A model generated the notes under the pieces. That model searched no databases. It worked only from the letters and a program-made list of their open reading frames with translations, and had not been told where the DNA came from. This document shows positions 9,802 to 18,775 of a stretch of DNA of 64,000 nt, piece after piece (position 1 is the stretch's first letter; each line of letters opens with the position of its first letter). A program made the position numbers and the translations under genes. Location: NCBI GenBank assembly GCA_041500865.1, contig JBGQMY010000004.1, forward strand, positions 860-64,859. The letters run 5' to 3'. This DNA comes from Candidatus Micrarchaeia archaeon. Its GTDB lineage: Archaea > Micrarchaeota > Micrarchaeia > Anstonellales > J096.

Positions 9802-12069
9802 TTGGTTCCCAAAAAGGAAGGTATTTATTCTGAAATAGTGCAAAAGGCAGCTATGGTGGTAATACAAAAACCGCTACAGGTTGTAATGAAGGAAAAAGGC
9901 ATTGTTGAGCCAAGAGAAATAGAAAAGGTAAAGCAGCAGTGTCTCAAATACAAGGATATGGTGGACACTTTTTATAATGAAGCAAATGTATGGGTCCGTG
10001 ACGGGATGACTGACTCACAAAAGCAGGAAACACTGAAGAAAAAGTATTTTGAATTGGAATCAAGTCTCGAAATTGGGAAATACGCAGGCATATGCTCGTA
10101 TGTATATGCATGGAAGATGGAGGTTTTGTCCAGCTATATTTTTACAAAAGGCGACGTTCACGCGAGCATAAGCATGGCTGCAAACCCCGCGATAGATATG
10201 CCTATAGGATCATTTGAAGAGAAAAAAAGCGCATTTGAATATTTGGAAGGAATATCCGACAAAATAGGCAGTTTCATAATGGCGCTTAGCTCTTCCGCTT
10301 CACTACAAAAAATCGCGAACAGAGCAGGAGAAATAAGAGAAGAATTCGCATCATATATGGGCAAAAAAACAGATAAAAAGTATACATCCAGGATGATGGA
10401 TACTGAAATTTTAATTTACGGCTCTGAATTTGAGTTTTTTAAGGATCATTATATATCATTCGGCATAAGCGAATCTGGAGCAGAAGCGCTTGCAAAACAA
10501 AGATGCAAATCGGAGAGTATACAAGTGGCAGGTCTCTACAGTTCCAAAACAAATACACTGCGCATTAATCTTGAGCGCCTGAAAAAGGATAATGGCAGTG
10601 ACTACCTTTCCCAGGTATGGGTTACCGTGGCGCACGAGCTGGCGCACAGCTTGGGTGGTTTTAAGGGCAGATACCATGATATGGACACCGAAGTGTTCAA
10701 TGACGCAATCTGCGAGCATATAGCAGATGATTTTGTAAGAAACGGGCTTAAAATGGATTTCAATGGCAACTCATATACCCGCCTGATGAATTCAATATGC
10801 TGGAAGCTTTTTGGGCTGGTGGGAGAAGAAAAAGTGTTTGAAGCTTATGTAAACAAGGACATATCAATTATACAGAACGACATTGATGAGGCCGTTTCGC
10901 TTGACCCAAAACTGGAAGATTTCCTGAAAAAGAGCAGGAAATATCTAATGGATTCGGAATGCGTCCATTTCAGGTGTTTTGCGGCATTGATGACTGAAGA
11001 GCTTGAAAACACCAACGTAATAGATGGAATGGCGCGCCATTATGCCCGCATAATCGCAAGAAGGATATTTTCAGACTGCAGGGGAAGAAGGGAAATTGAA
11101 GAGCCAAAGCTGTTTTTCCCGCGCAATTCCATTTCAGATGATGAAGCTGCCATAAGGGCGGGGCTCGTATCAATAAATGAGAATATGGAAGAGCGCAGGG
11201 CAAATTCGCTTCCGATTTATTTTGACCCTTATTTCATTTCTACGATGTCCGCCCAGATTGCCACGGAATACAAGCTTGACGGCAGAAATTTGGCTGATAC
11301 TGATAAATTTATTGGATACCTAGTCGATGCGCTGAATAGGAATATGGATCCAAAAAGCGGTTATGTCCCCCTGCGCGAAAAATTCATGGCGCAGACTTCT
11401 TTGGACAACACCGAAAGATATTATGGCGCAAGCATCTTTGATTATGCATTGCTCTATCTCTTCCTGGATAATGGCGGGGTTCTGCCAAAGTCCATCAGGG
11501 AGATTGACCTGCAGATAAGGCGATTCATAAAAAAGACGGATTATTCAAGGTTCGGGCCGTTTACGGATGCCCTTGTGGAAGAAACATTCAGGAAAACCCT
11601 GAACCTTGTAAGGATAAAGATGAAAGAGAGCTCCTCCATTGACCGTTTAATGACTGATTCGGACCTGAAAAATGAGATATCCTCAAGATATGGGCTTAAC
11701 TCAGCTGATATTGCGCCATTGGTTGCATTGGTCAGGGAATATGCGCGCCATGTTGGGGTAGAGGATATGGCTAGGTATTATCCACAATATGCCCATTATT
11801 CAAAGCCCAGCCCATGGGAGATATTGGGTATCATGCGCGCTGCTGTGCGAAACATCGCAGGAATGATGTACATGCCGCCTGTCGAAGCGGGCGGCAGCAC
11901 GTTTTATGGCAGTTGCGTGACGCCTATCACAGGTCCAATGCTAAAGGATTATTTCAATATCGCCGTTGAAGAGAACAGGATTCATCAAAACGTTAAAACT
12001 GCAACCTTCTGCTCTGCGTCTGCCCAACTTTACATACCGATGGGATTTACCGGAACAGTCGAGTTGTAA
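9802..12069 (+). CDS. large orphan protein with a HExxH zinc-metallopeptidase-like motif
   Basis: 755-aa ORF with VTVAHELAHSLGG at nt 10633-10647. No signal peptide. The start is uncertain (TTG 9802 or ATG 9853). GC is about 40% by eye. Confidence 0.7.
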   Translation: MVPKKEGIYSEIVQKAAMVVIQKPLQVVMKEKGIVEPREIEKVKQQCLKYKDMVDTFYNEANVWVRDGMTDSQKQETLKKKYFELESSLEIGKYAGICSYVYAWKMEVLSSYIFTKGDVHASISMAANPAIDMPIGSFEEKKSAFEYLEGISDKIGSFIMALSSSASLQKIANRAGEIREEFASYMGKKTDKKYTSRMMDTEILIYGSEFEFFKDHYISFGISESGAEALAKQRCKSESIQVAGLYSSKTNTLRINLERLKKDNGSDYLSQVWVTVAHELAHSLGGFKGRYHDMDTEVFNDAICEHIADDFVRNGLKMDFNGNSYTRLMNSICWKLFGLVGEEKVFEAYVNKDISIIQNDIDEAVSLDPKLEDFLKKSRKYLMDSECVHFRCFAALMTEELENTNVIDGMARHYARIIARRIFSDCRGRREIEEPKLFFPRNSISDDEAAIRAGLVSINENMEERRANSLPIYFDPYFISTMSAQIATEYKLDGRNLADTDKFIGYLVDALNRNMDPKSGYVPLREKFMAQTSLDNTERYYGASIFDYALLYLFLDNGGVLPKSIREIDLQIRRFIKKTDYSRFGPFTDALVEETFRKTLNLVRIKMKESSSIDRLMTDSDLKNEISSRYGLNSADIAPLVALVREYARHVGVEDMARYYPQYAHYSKPSPWEILGIMRAAVRNIAGMMYMPPVEAGGSTFYGSCVTPITGPMLKDYFNIAVEENRIHQNVKTATFCSASAQLYIPMGFTGTVEL

Positions 12070-12114
12070 ATAAACATGGCGGGGCAAACATATTGCCTTC
12101 CGTCTAGGGAATAC

Positions 12115-13050
12115 TCACTTATGCTCCGAAACAACGCCGCCGTGCGCCATGAAAATGCGGACCTTTGCGCTTTCGGACCTTGAGAACAGCGAACTGCCCA
12201 TAATCAATACCTCATCCTTGGCCCCGCTGACCTCGTTCTGTATCTCGGCATAGACGCAAGGCGTGTATCCCTCGCAGCAGTTGGATGAAAGCAAATGTTT
12301 GCGGTTCACAACAACCCAGCCTGCAGGGAGCCTGACCATCGTGCCGGAAGCCAGCACAGGGTCTACGCCCTTGCCAAGGTTGGTGAACCCGAATGCAATG
12401 TACGAGCGCGGCGGGTCAATGGTCCCGTCCCTGATGCGGAAGGACGCGCTCATCCACGAGTAGCCGGAAGAAAGGGTTGAATGCATGACGCCGACCCAGC
12501 CGTTGCCCATCGCCTCTATTATGCTGGCAGAGGTGTTCTGCCCAAGCACGAGCTCGACAGAGTCCTTGCCGGAGTAGTTCAGCTTCACCCCGTTCTGCGA
12601 AAACGAAAATCCCCAAAGGCCGTTGGTCTCCTCCAAAGAGGCGTTGTACGAGTTTGACAAAAGGGACTGGAAGAAGTTTTTATTGCTGTTTTTCCTGCCA
12701 GGCAGGGAGTGATACAGCACCTTCACGGCAGTTTCGCTGGAGAAGCTAGGGACAGTGGAGACGCCGGAAAACCCGGTTATCACGCCATTCGGGCCGGCCA
12801 GGACGTTGGAAAGCCTTTTCCTTGCTGCCTCAAACGTCTTTTCAACAATTGTGTCTGCAGCGGAAACGCCCGGAAGGGCAGAAAACTCGGGGGCATTGGC
12901 GTCCATGAGCCTGCTTGTCTTTATCGCAGCCGGCTTCGGGGCCTTTGGATAGGATTCAGAAAGCGGGAGCAGGGCCAGCATTGCGGCAACTGCGCACTTT
13001 GCCACTGTTCCGGCGCGGCACCTTTCCCTTGCGATGAATGAGGCACGCAT
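12115..13050 (-). CDS. hypothetical secreted or signal-anchored protein (311 aa)
   Basis: Start set at MRASFIARERCRAG..AVAAMLALLPL (ATG 13050), which lies 23 nt after a TTTAAAAA box. The ORF-track upstream extension runs through the promoter. Confidence 0.7.
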   Translation of the reverse strand: MRASFIARERCRAGTVAKCAVAAMLALLPLSESYPKAPKPAAIKTSRLMDANAPEFSALPGVSAADTIVEKTFEAARKRLSNVLAGPNGVITGFSGVSTVPSFSSETAVKVLYHSLPGRKNSNKNFFQSLLSNSYNASLEETNGLWGFSFSQNGVKLNYSGKDSVELVLGQNTSASIIEAMGNGWVGVMHSTLSSGYSWMSASFRIRDGTIDPPRSYIAFGFTNLGKGVDPVLASGTMVRLPAGWVVVNRKHLLSSNCCEGYTPCVYAEIQNEVSGAKDEVLIMGSSLFSRSESAKVRIFMAHGGVVSEHK

Positions 13051-13052
13051 AT

Positions 13053-13084
13053 CCCTATATTTGATAAATAGTGTTTTTAAATGT
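13053..13084 (-). promoter_or_regulatory. leaderless promoter cassette P1 (ACATTTAAAAACACTATTTATCAAATATAGGG on the coding strand)
   Basis: A BRE/TATA-like ACATTTAAAAA precedes ATG 13050. The cassette matches 14597-14628 at 31 of 32 nt. Confidence 0.7.
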
Positions 13085-13114
13085 GTCTTTTTTAGCCGGA
13101 AAGCAGCCTTGGCG

Positions 13115-14593
13115 TCAGTACGATGCTGCCATGTTGTCTCCAGGCCCCTTCTGCGCAGAGGCAAGCCTGCCAAGGGCCTTGCGATACTGCTGCCAGTGCC
13201 GCTCAACAAGCAAGGCGTACTTGGCCTTGGATGCAGTGCCGTTGTAGTCCTGAACGGCCTCCCGGCAATATGATACGATGGTTGGCATCCTGCCCGTGAA
13301 AGACAGCAGCCCTGTTCCGGTATTCATGTAATAATTGTACCTGTAGTTGAGCGCGCCGGCCATCATGTTCATGGTTATGTCGCCCTGCCTGTCGTCCTTG
13401 ACCTGTATGGCGTCAAAAAGGCCGGCCATCATAATCCTGGCATTCCCGAAATCATCCTTTTCGGGCAGCACGAATTTCATCACGTTCTCCAGCTCCCGCT
13501 TGTTTTCGTATGTGTTATATGCGGCGTAGCTGAACAGCGGGCTGCCCCGGGTCAGCTGGCAGATGCCCTTGCCTTTCCTTGTATAATATTCATGGTCCAT
13601 CCCGGTTTCCTGCGTCATCAGGGCAAGCAGCGTGCTCCTTTCAACGCCGGTCAGCTGCTCCATGGCGTCTGCAAGCACAGCGACCATGGCAAGGTACCTG
13701 TTGGACAGGTTCGGCCTTATGATTTTCCTGTTTGCAGGAACCGAAACAGTCATGTCAATGCCCCTGTATGAGTCGTATTTCACGAGCTTGGTCCCTGCCT
13801 CCCCCCTGCCGTCCCTCATGGCAATCATGACGTCGACGCTGCTGCACACCCTGTCCCAGTCTATGTTGGCGGCCAGCCGGTCTGCCATCTCCTTCCACCT
13901 TTCCCTGTAAAAGAATACGCATGCTATGCCTATGGATTTTTTCACGTAGTCCCTGTACTGGCCCAGGTTCACCCAGGGCGGCGGCGCGAACCTCACGCCA
14001 TTCTTCCTTGCGCCGTAATCGTCTTCAAGGCTCTTCGGAAAAACGGATGCCATCTGGCTGAACGCGCGACTGCGCCTCTCGAGCCAGTTCTGTATCTGGC
14101 CATGGTGCCTCTCCGGGCCGGCGTTGTCCATCGCAGGTATCCTGGTTGGCATCGCATTTATTGCCTGCTTTATCAGGTCCTCGGCCTCCTTCTGCGCCTC
14201 GTAGGCGGCCTTTTTCATGCTGCCAACGGCATCCTTGTTCTGGTTCACGTATTCCGGAGGCAGCACTATGATTATCTTCTCGCTCTTCATCCGCTTTATG
14301 ACGGTTTCCGGGCTTTCATTTCCCTTCATTTTCGGAGTGAGGTATATGACGGTTGGGGCATTCTCCGACTCTTCAGGCGTCTTTATCGCATTGGAAAACG
14401 ATATTTTTTCCGTTCTTTGGGCCGCGCCCATGCCTTCCGTGTATGCATCAACGAACGGGGCTGTCGTGATTAACGCCCCCAGGCCGAAGAGCCTGATTAG
14501 GGATTTGCAGCGCCTTTCCTTTCTTATGGCCGCATTGCGCAGCCTGGCTTTTGGGCCATGGATTCTTCTCTTTCGTACAGACACGTTCCCCAT
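13115..14593 (-). CDS. secreted or signal-anchored protein with a possible SLT (lytic transglycosylase/lysozyme-like) C-terminal domain
   Basis: 492 aa with a basic N-terminus plus TM (LIRLFGLGALITTAPF). Residues ~320-455 carry an ordered motif series: TQETG, GKGICQLT, MNMMAGALNYRY and QDYNG. This resembles the SLT series ES, GLMQ, AYNxG. Confidence 0.45.
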   Translation of the reverse strand: MGNVSVRKRRIHGPKARLRNAAIRKERRCKSLIRLFGLGALITTAPFVDAYTEGMGAAQRTEKISFSNAIKTPEESENAPTVIYLTPKMKGNESPETVIKRMKSEKIIIVLPPEYVNQNKDAVGSMKKAAYEAQKEAEDLIKQAINAMPTRIPAMDNAGPERHHGQIQNWLERRSRAFSQMASVFPKSLEDDYGARKNGVRFAPPPWVNLGQYRDYVKKSIGIACVFFYRERWKEMADRLAANIDWDRVCSSVDVMIAMRDGRGEAGTKLVKYDSYRGIDMTVSVPANRKIIRPNLSNRYLAMVAVLADAMEQLTGVERSTLLALMTQETGMDHEYYTRKGKGICQLTRGSPLFSYAAYNTYENKRELENVMKFVLPEKDDFGNARIMMAGLFDAIQVKDDRQGDITMNMMAGALNYRYNYYMNTGTGLLSFTGRMPTIVSYCREAVQDYNGTASKAKYALLVERHWQQYRKALGRLASAQKGPGDNMAASY

Positions 14594-14596
14594 ATG

Positions 14597-14628
14597 CCCT
14601 ATATTTGTTAAATAGTGTTTTTAAATGT
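14597..14628 (-). promoter_or_regulatory. leaderless promoter cassette P2, a duplicate of P1
   Basis: ACATTTAAAAACACTATTTAACAAATATAGGG lies immediately upstream of ATG 14593. Confidence 0.7.
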
Positions 14629-14726
14629 ATTTCCTTATGCATCATCCGATGCTGAACCCTGTGCCCTTTGGCAAGCTGCAGCCAACAAAGCCAGAAAACT
14701 TATTAACCCATCAGCAGATACTCGGC

Positions 14727-15194
14727 ATGGACGACAGAGGCTTCATGGAGGCTGCGATAGCCAAGGCAAGGAAAGGCATAACGGAAGGCCAAGGTCCCTT
14801 CGGCGCCCGCATAGCCAAGAAAGGAAAAACCGTCTCCTGCGAGCACAACAAAGTCTGGAAAAGCACGGATCCGACTGCGCACGCGGAGATGGAGGCAATA
14901 AGGAAGGCGTGCAAAAAGCTCAAGTCCATAGACCTTTCAGGCTGCACGATATATTCAACGACTGAGCCGTGCCCCATGTGCTTCTCTGCCATACACTGGG
15001 CAAAAATATCGAGGATAGTCTACGGCGCGACAATAAAAGAAGCAAAGAAATATGGTTTCCACGAGCTGGAAATATGCGTCACCACCATGGAGAAGGTCGG
15101 GAAGGAGCGCATACCCCTAAGGCCCGGATTCATGAGGAAGGAATGCGTCGCCCTTTTCAGGGAATGGAAAAAGTCGGGCGCAAAAACCTACTGA
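14727..15194 (+). CDS. CDA-fold nucleoside/guanine deaminase (GuaD-like)
   Basis: It has GPFGARI, DPTAHAEMEAIRKAC and EPCPMCFSAIHWA (the HAE...PCxxC zinc site), and overall resembles B. subtilis-type guanine deaminase. Start set at MDDRGF, 24 nt after CTTATTAA. Confidence 0.7.
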   Translation: MDDRGFMEAAIAKARKGITEGQGPFGARIAKKGKTVSCEHNKVWKSTDPTAHAEMEAIRKACKKLKSIDLSGCTIYSTTEPCPMCFSAIHWAKISRIVYGATIKEAKKYGFHELEICVTTMEKVGKERIPLRPGFMRKECVALFREWKKSGAKTY

Positions 15195-15631
15195 AGCCTG
15201 AACCCCATCCCTTTGGCTACCCCGTTCCTTTCGGAGAACCCGACGCTGGCTTCGATAGCATAGTCGATTTCGCCCTTAGGCGCGTAATGCACGCATCCAT
15301 TGGTCTTGTCGCAGGTCTCCATCATGATTATCTCGGTCACGGTTCCGCCCTTCACGCAAATCAGCTCCAAGGGAAACTTCACGTTCTGCATCCAGAATGA
15401 ATTGTTCAACCTGCCCGCTAGGCCCATCGGAAACACCATACCATAATCGTCAGGCATTGAGCTACGGAACATCATGCCAAGCGTTTTCTTAACGGCATTG
15501 TCCGCAAGCTCGCCGCCGAAGCATTTTTCCCCGAAGCAGAACCTTGCAGGGGTCGTTTTAAGCATGAGGATTACTGCAATAACAAGTATGAAAATGGCAA
15601 GAGCAGCAGCCAACGCTATGTTGTAACTCAT
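15188..15631 (-). CDS. DUF192 (UPF0127) protein with an N-terminal TM anchor
   Basis: The series GMMFRSSMPDDYGMVFPM...FWMQNVKFPLELI...YAIEASVGF fits the DUF192 pattern. It has an ATGA overlap with the upstream ATPase gene. Confidence 0.7.
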   Translation of the reverse strand: MSYNIALAAALAIFILVIAVILMLKTTPARFCFGEKCFGGELADNAVKKTLGMMFRSSMPDDYGMVFPMGLAGRLNNSFWMQNVKFPLELICVKGGTVTEIIMMETCDKTNGCVHYAPKGEIDYAIEASVGFSERNGVAKGMGFRLQ

Positions 15632-17910
15632 GCGGGGCCGGTCTCCCTCTTGTTGGCCTCGATGCCCTCCTTGAGGAGCTTCGGGAACTGCGCATCCCAC
15701 CTTTTCTGGGCCTCGCCGAAGTCAACAATCCCGTTATCGTCCTCAAGCGCGACCATCACCCTGTTGATGAAGTTGTTGCACTTGAGGAAGAAATCCAGCT
15801 GCGTGAGCTCCTTTATGCCGGTCTTTGCCGCGGCGTTGTTTATGTCAGAGAAAATCTTTCCCTTGAAGAACGCCTGCAGGACGTATTGCTCCGGCGGTAT
15901 GCCGGTCAGGTCGCTCTTCCTCTTTATGAGCGGCGGTATGAATTCGAAGCTTAGCTCCTTTGCCATCTTCTTCATGTCAATGCCGGAAAGGTCGGCTGCC
16001 TCGGCCTCCTTGTTTTTCAGGAACAGGCAGTTCAGCACGGAACTTTCCAGCGAGTTGCCCCTTTTGTAGTCAAACGTCTTCACGAACTGCTTGTTCTCCC
16101 TGTCAGACTCGTAGGCGTACCCTATGACCCTGTTCGTCCTGCCCTTCCTGCCGAACTTCACCTTGTTCAGGAAAACGTAACGGTCGGTCGCGAACATGGA
16201 CGCCGCAGGTATGCCGAAGAACAGCTCCAGCCTGTCCTTGATGTCGTCAAGGCTTTCCGCGTGCAGGTTGTACAGCAGGAACACGCCTGGCTGCGTGTTC
16301 AGCAGGTTGATTACGCCCTGCACGGCGCTCCTGCTCCTTATCTCGTTGATTACGAGCGCGGCGTCGCCCATCCTGAGCAGCGCGTTTGCCATAGAAACCA
16401 AGTCCAGCTCCTTGACGTCCTTGCCTTCCACGTCCCCTGCCGCGACCTTCGCCGCGCCTATGTGGAAGCCCCTTTTGCGGAACGTGCGGACCGGGATTTC
16501 CCATATGTCCTGTATCGGGATGATTCTCTTGCTCGGGCCGATTGCGGCAATCTCGGCGGCCGTGAAGGCCGTCTTTCCGCTCCCTTTCACGCCCAGGATT
16601 GCGCCGCTGGCGCCCATGCTCACGGACACGTCGTCATATCCGGCGAAGAACGGGGACATGGACTTGTATGCCAAATACTGCGCGTACGTGAACGGCTCTT
16701 CAGCCAGTATCCTCAGCGCGCCCTGCAGCTCGCCGAACGTCGCAGGCGGCCTTTGCAGGTGGCACCTCAGCGCCTCCCTTTTCATGACCACGTCCGCAAT
16801 CGGGAAGTTCTCGTCGAACTTTGTGCCCTTTTCCGAGAACACCATGTTTTTGAACGCCCTTTCAAGCATCTCGTAGTTGTACCTGTACAAAGACTGCACA
16901 ATCCCGAACTCCCTGCTGTCCATGTATATCGGGCTGTTCTCGCTGTCTATGTAGATGTCCGTGAGGTTGTCCTTGTCCAGCATCAGGTTTTCCAGCGGCG
17001 AGCCCATGCCCACGACCCATGCCGATGCCTCCCTTGCCATTATCAGCGCCTCCCTTGGCGTTATGTCAACGTTGTTCTGGAGCGCCTGGTCCATGAACTT
17101 GGCCTTGTACTCGTTTATCTTCAGCCCGAAAAGTATCGTGTAATCCATTGACGTGAAGTTCTCCTTTATCTGGGAGTCTATCATGTCCTTCAGCATTTTC
17201 TGCAGCGGAGGGGCCAGCCCGTCCAGCACCGGGTTGTCCATCCTGTATATCATGTAGTCCCTTTCAGGTATCTCGAATATCTGGACCTGGACCCCGAACG
17301 GCAGCTCGTATTTCGCCTTCGGGTCTTTCAGGGCAACTGCGTTATCCGGAAGGTCAAGGGAGATTGTGCTTGCGAACAGCAGGCTCTTTGTTCCTACCAA
17401 CGAAAGGAATGCGCTCCTCATGTCGCCCTTGGCCTTGACCAGCTTTATCATCTCGGTGGCTTCAAACCTTTTCAGTATCCCCGCCACCCATCCCTGGAAC
17501 GTCTGCAGGCCCTTCATGAACGCCGCGGTGTCGGGCGTCGCCTCCTTGTAGTCGCTGAGCAGCCTTGCCGCGCTTACGGGGTTCATGTACGCATAATCGA
17601 CGAATTTTTCAAGCAGCGCCTGCCTTTTCCTGTAGTTCGGGTCAGCAGTATGGCCGTATATCTCCTTCTTCATCCTTATTCCTTCAACCTGCGCGATGAC
17701 CTTTGCGTACTCGATGAGCACGCTTGCCTTCTGCGGCGGCAGGATGAACGTGATTTCCTCCTCGTAGTCTATCTCCTTTATCGGCGTGTCTGATATGATG
17801 CTGACAAGGTTCTTCAAATGGTAGTTTATGAATTCCGGAGACCCGAATTCGTACGGGCATTTAGCCAAGTCCACGATTCCCTTCGCGCCCTCTATCCTCA
17901 AGTCGCACAT
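15628..17910 (-). CDS. type II/IV secretion-family ATPase (GspE/PilB/FlaI/VirB11 superfamily) with a long N-terminal extension
   Basis: 760 aa with Walker A GVKGSGKT, a Walker B/Asp-box region ALVINEIRSRSAVQG and a His-box LYNLHAES. Confidence 0.85.
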   Translation of the reverse strand: MCDLRIEGAKGIVDLAKCPYEFGSPEFINYHLKNLVSIISDTPIKEIDYEEEITFILPPQKASVLIEYAKVIAQVEGIRMKKEIYGHTADPNYRKRQALLEKFVDYAYMNPVSAARLLSDYKEATPDTAAFMKGLQTFQGWVAGILKRFEATEMIKLVKAKGDMRSAFLSLVGTKSLLFASTISLDLPDNAVALKDPKAKYELPFGVQVQIFEIPERDYMIYRMDNPVLDGLAPPLQKMLKDMIDSQIKENFTSMDYTILFGLKINEYKAKFMDQALQNNVDITPREALIMAREASAWVVGMGSPLENLMLDKDNLTDIYIDSENSPIYMDSREFGIVQSLYRYNYEMLERAFKNMVFSEKGTKFDENFPIADVVMKREALRCHLQRPPATFGELQGALRILAEEPFTYAQYLAYKSMSPFFAGYDDVSVSMGASGAILGVKGSGKTAFTAAEIAAIGPSKRIIPIQDIWEIPVRTFRKRGFHIGAAKVAAGDVEGKDVKELDLVSMANALLRMGDAALVINEIRSRSAVQGVINLLNTQPGVFLLYNLHAESLDDIKDRLELFFGIPAASMFATDRYVFLNKVKFGRKGRTNRVIGYAYESDRENKQFVKTFDYKRGNSLESSVLNCLFLKNKEAEAADLSGIDMKKMAKELSFEFIPPLIKRKSDLTGIPPEQYVLQAFFKGKIFSDINNAAAKTGIKELTQLDFFLKCNNFINRVMVALEDDNGIVDFGEAQKRWDAQFPKLLKEGIEANKRETGPA

Positions 17911-18009
17911 GTGCCTAGTATTGTTCCCGATATTTTTAAACCTGATGGCGTTTTTTCAGCGCATTCACTTGTCGATACTATTTTAAACACATTCCGCCAC
18001 ATCAACACA

Positions 18010-18765
18010 ATGCAAACTGAAAAGCCAACACAGCCTTTGCAAGCTGGAACGCCGGTGTGCCGGGGTCGGTTCAAAAATAAAAATGTGCTCCTGGCATTCG
18101 ACAACGACGGTGTTCTCAGGGACGAGTCTGGTTCCTACCAGAGGTGCGTGAAGGAAACAGTCTCTTTTTTCAGCGGGACTCCGCCAACTGAGAAGGAGTT
18201 CATAGAATCGCTGATGCGCAGCAACAACGACTGGGAAAGAACGCATGAAATACTGAAGATACGTGGGGCACTAGTCAGTTTCAACCGCGTCAAAAGGCAT
18301 TTTCAGGAACTTTATCTGGGAAAGGGCATGGATTTCAGCGGATACATCAAACACGAGCCGTGGTTGGCGAACAACAACCTGCTCGCGAGGCTGGCTGAAA
18401 GCCACGTGTTGGCAATAGTCAGCGGCGCGCCAAAAAAAGAGGTGGTGCATACTCTGGAAAAGAACGGCGCATCCGGCTATTTCAGTTTCATCTGGGGAAT
18501 GCGGAAGCATAAGGGGAAAGCAGATGCGCTGAGGGAGGCTATAAGGCGCTTCAGGCCGGAGAGGACGTATTTCTGTGACGACCGGCCCTCGCCCATAAAG
18601 GCGGTGCTCGCCATGGGCATTGAAAACCTCTTGGTCTATGGGATCCTGCCGCCCGGGGCTGAGATAAGATGGAAGGAAACGCTCTTGGCTGCCGGCGCGG
18701 CTGCGGTGTTCCGCGACGTCAACGAATACTGCTGGTTTTTGCTAGACGTAGCCAGAAGGATGTAA
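18010..18765 (+). CDS. HAD-superfamily hydrolase
   Basis: Motif I is LAFDNDGVL, motif II is IVSGAP and motif III is K...FCDDRPS. Start set at MQTEKP, about 25 nt after the TATTTTAAAC box. Confidence 0.7.
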   Translation: MQTEKPTQPLQAGTPVCRGRFKNKNVLLAFDNDGVLRDESGSYQRCVKETVSFFSGTPPTEKEFIESLMRSNNDWERTHEILKIRGALVSFNRVKRHFQELYLGKGMDFSGYIKHEPWLANNNLLARLAESHVLAIVSGAPKKEVVHTLEKNGASGYFSFIWGMRKHKGKADALREAIRRFRPERTYFCDDRPSPIKAVLAMGIENLLVYGILPPGAEIRWKETLLAAGAAAVFRDVNEYCWFLLDVARRM

Positions 18766-18775
18766 GCAGGTATAT

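Noticed and set aside
9785-9838. A leaderless-looking ATG at 9785 that opens a 17-codon ORF one frame off the 755-aa ORF, crossing an A5 run. I considered a frameshifted true start or programmed frameshift.
   Set aside because: The TATA-to-ATG distance (42 nt) does not fit the local 29-31 nt rule, and no slippery heptamer or structure is evident. I flagged it under the HExxH finding as something to check in the reads, not as a claim.
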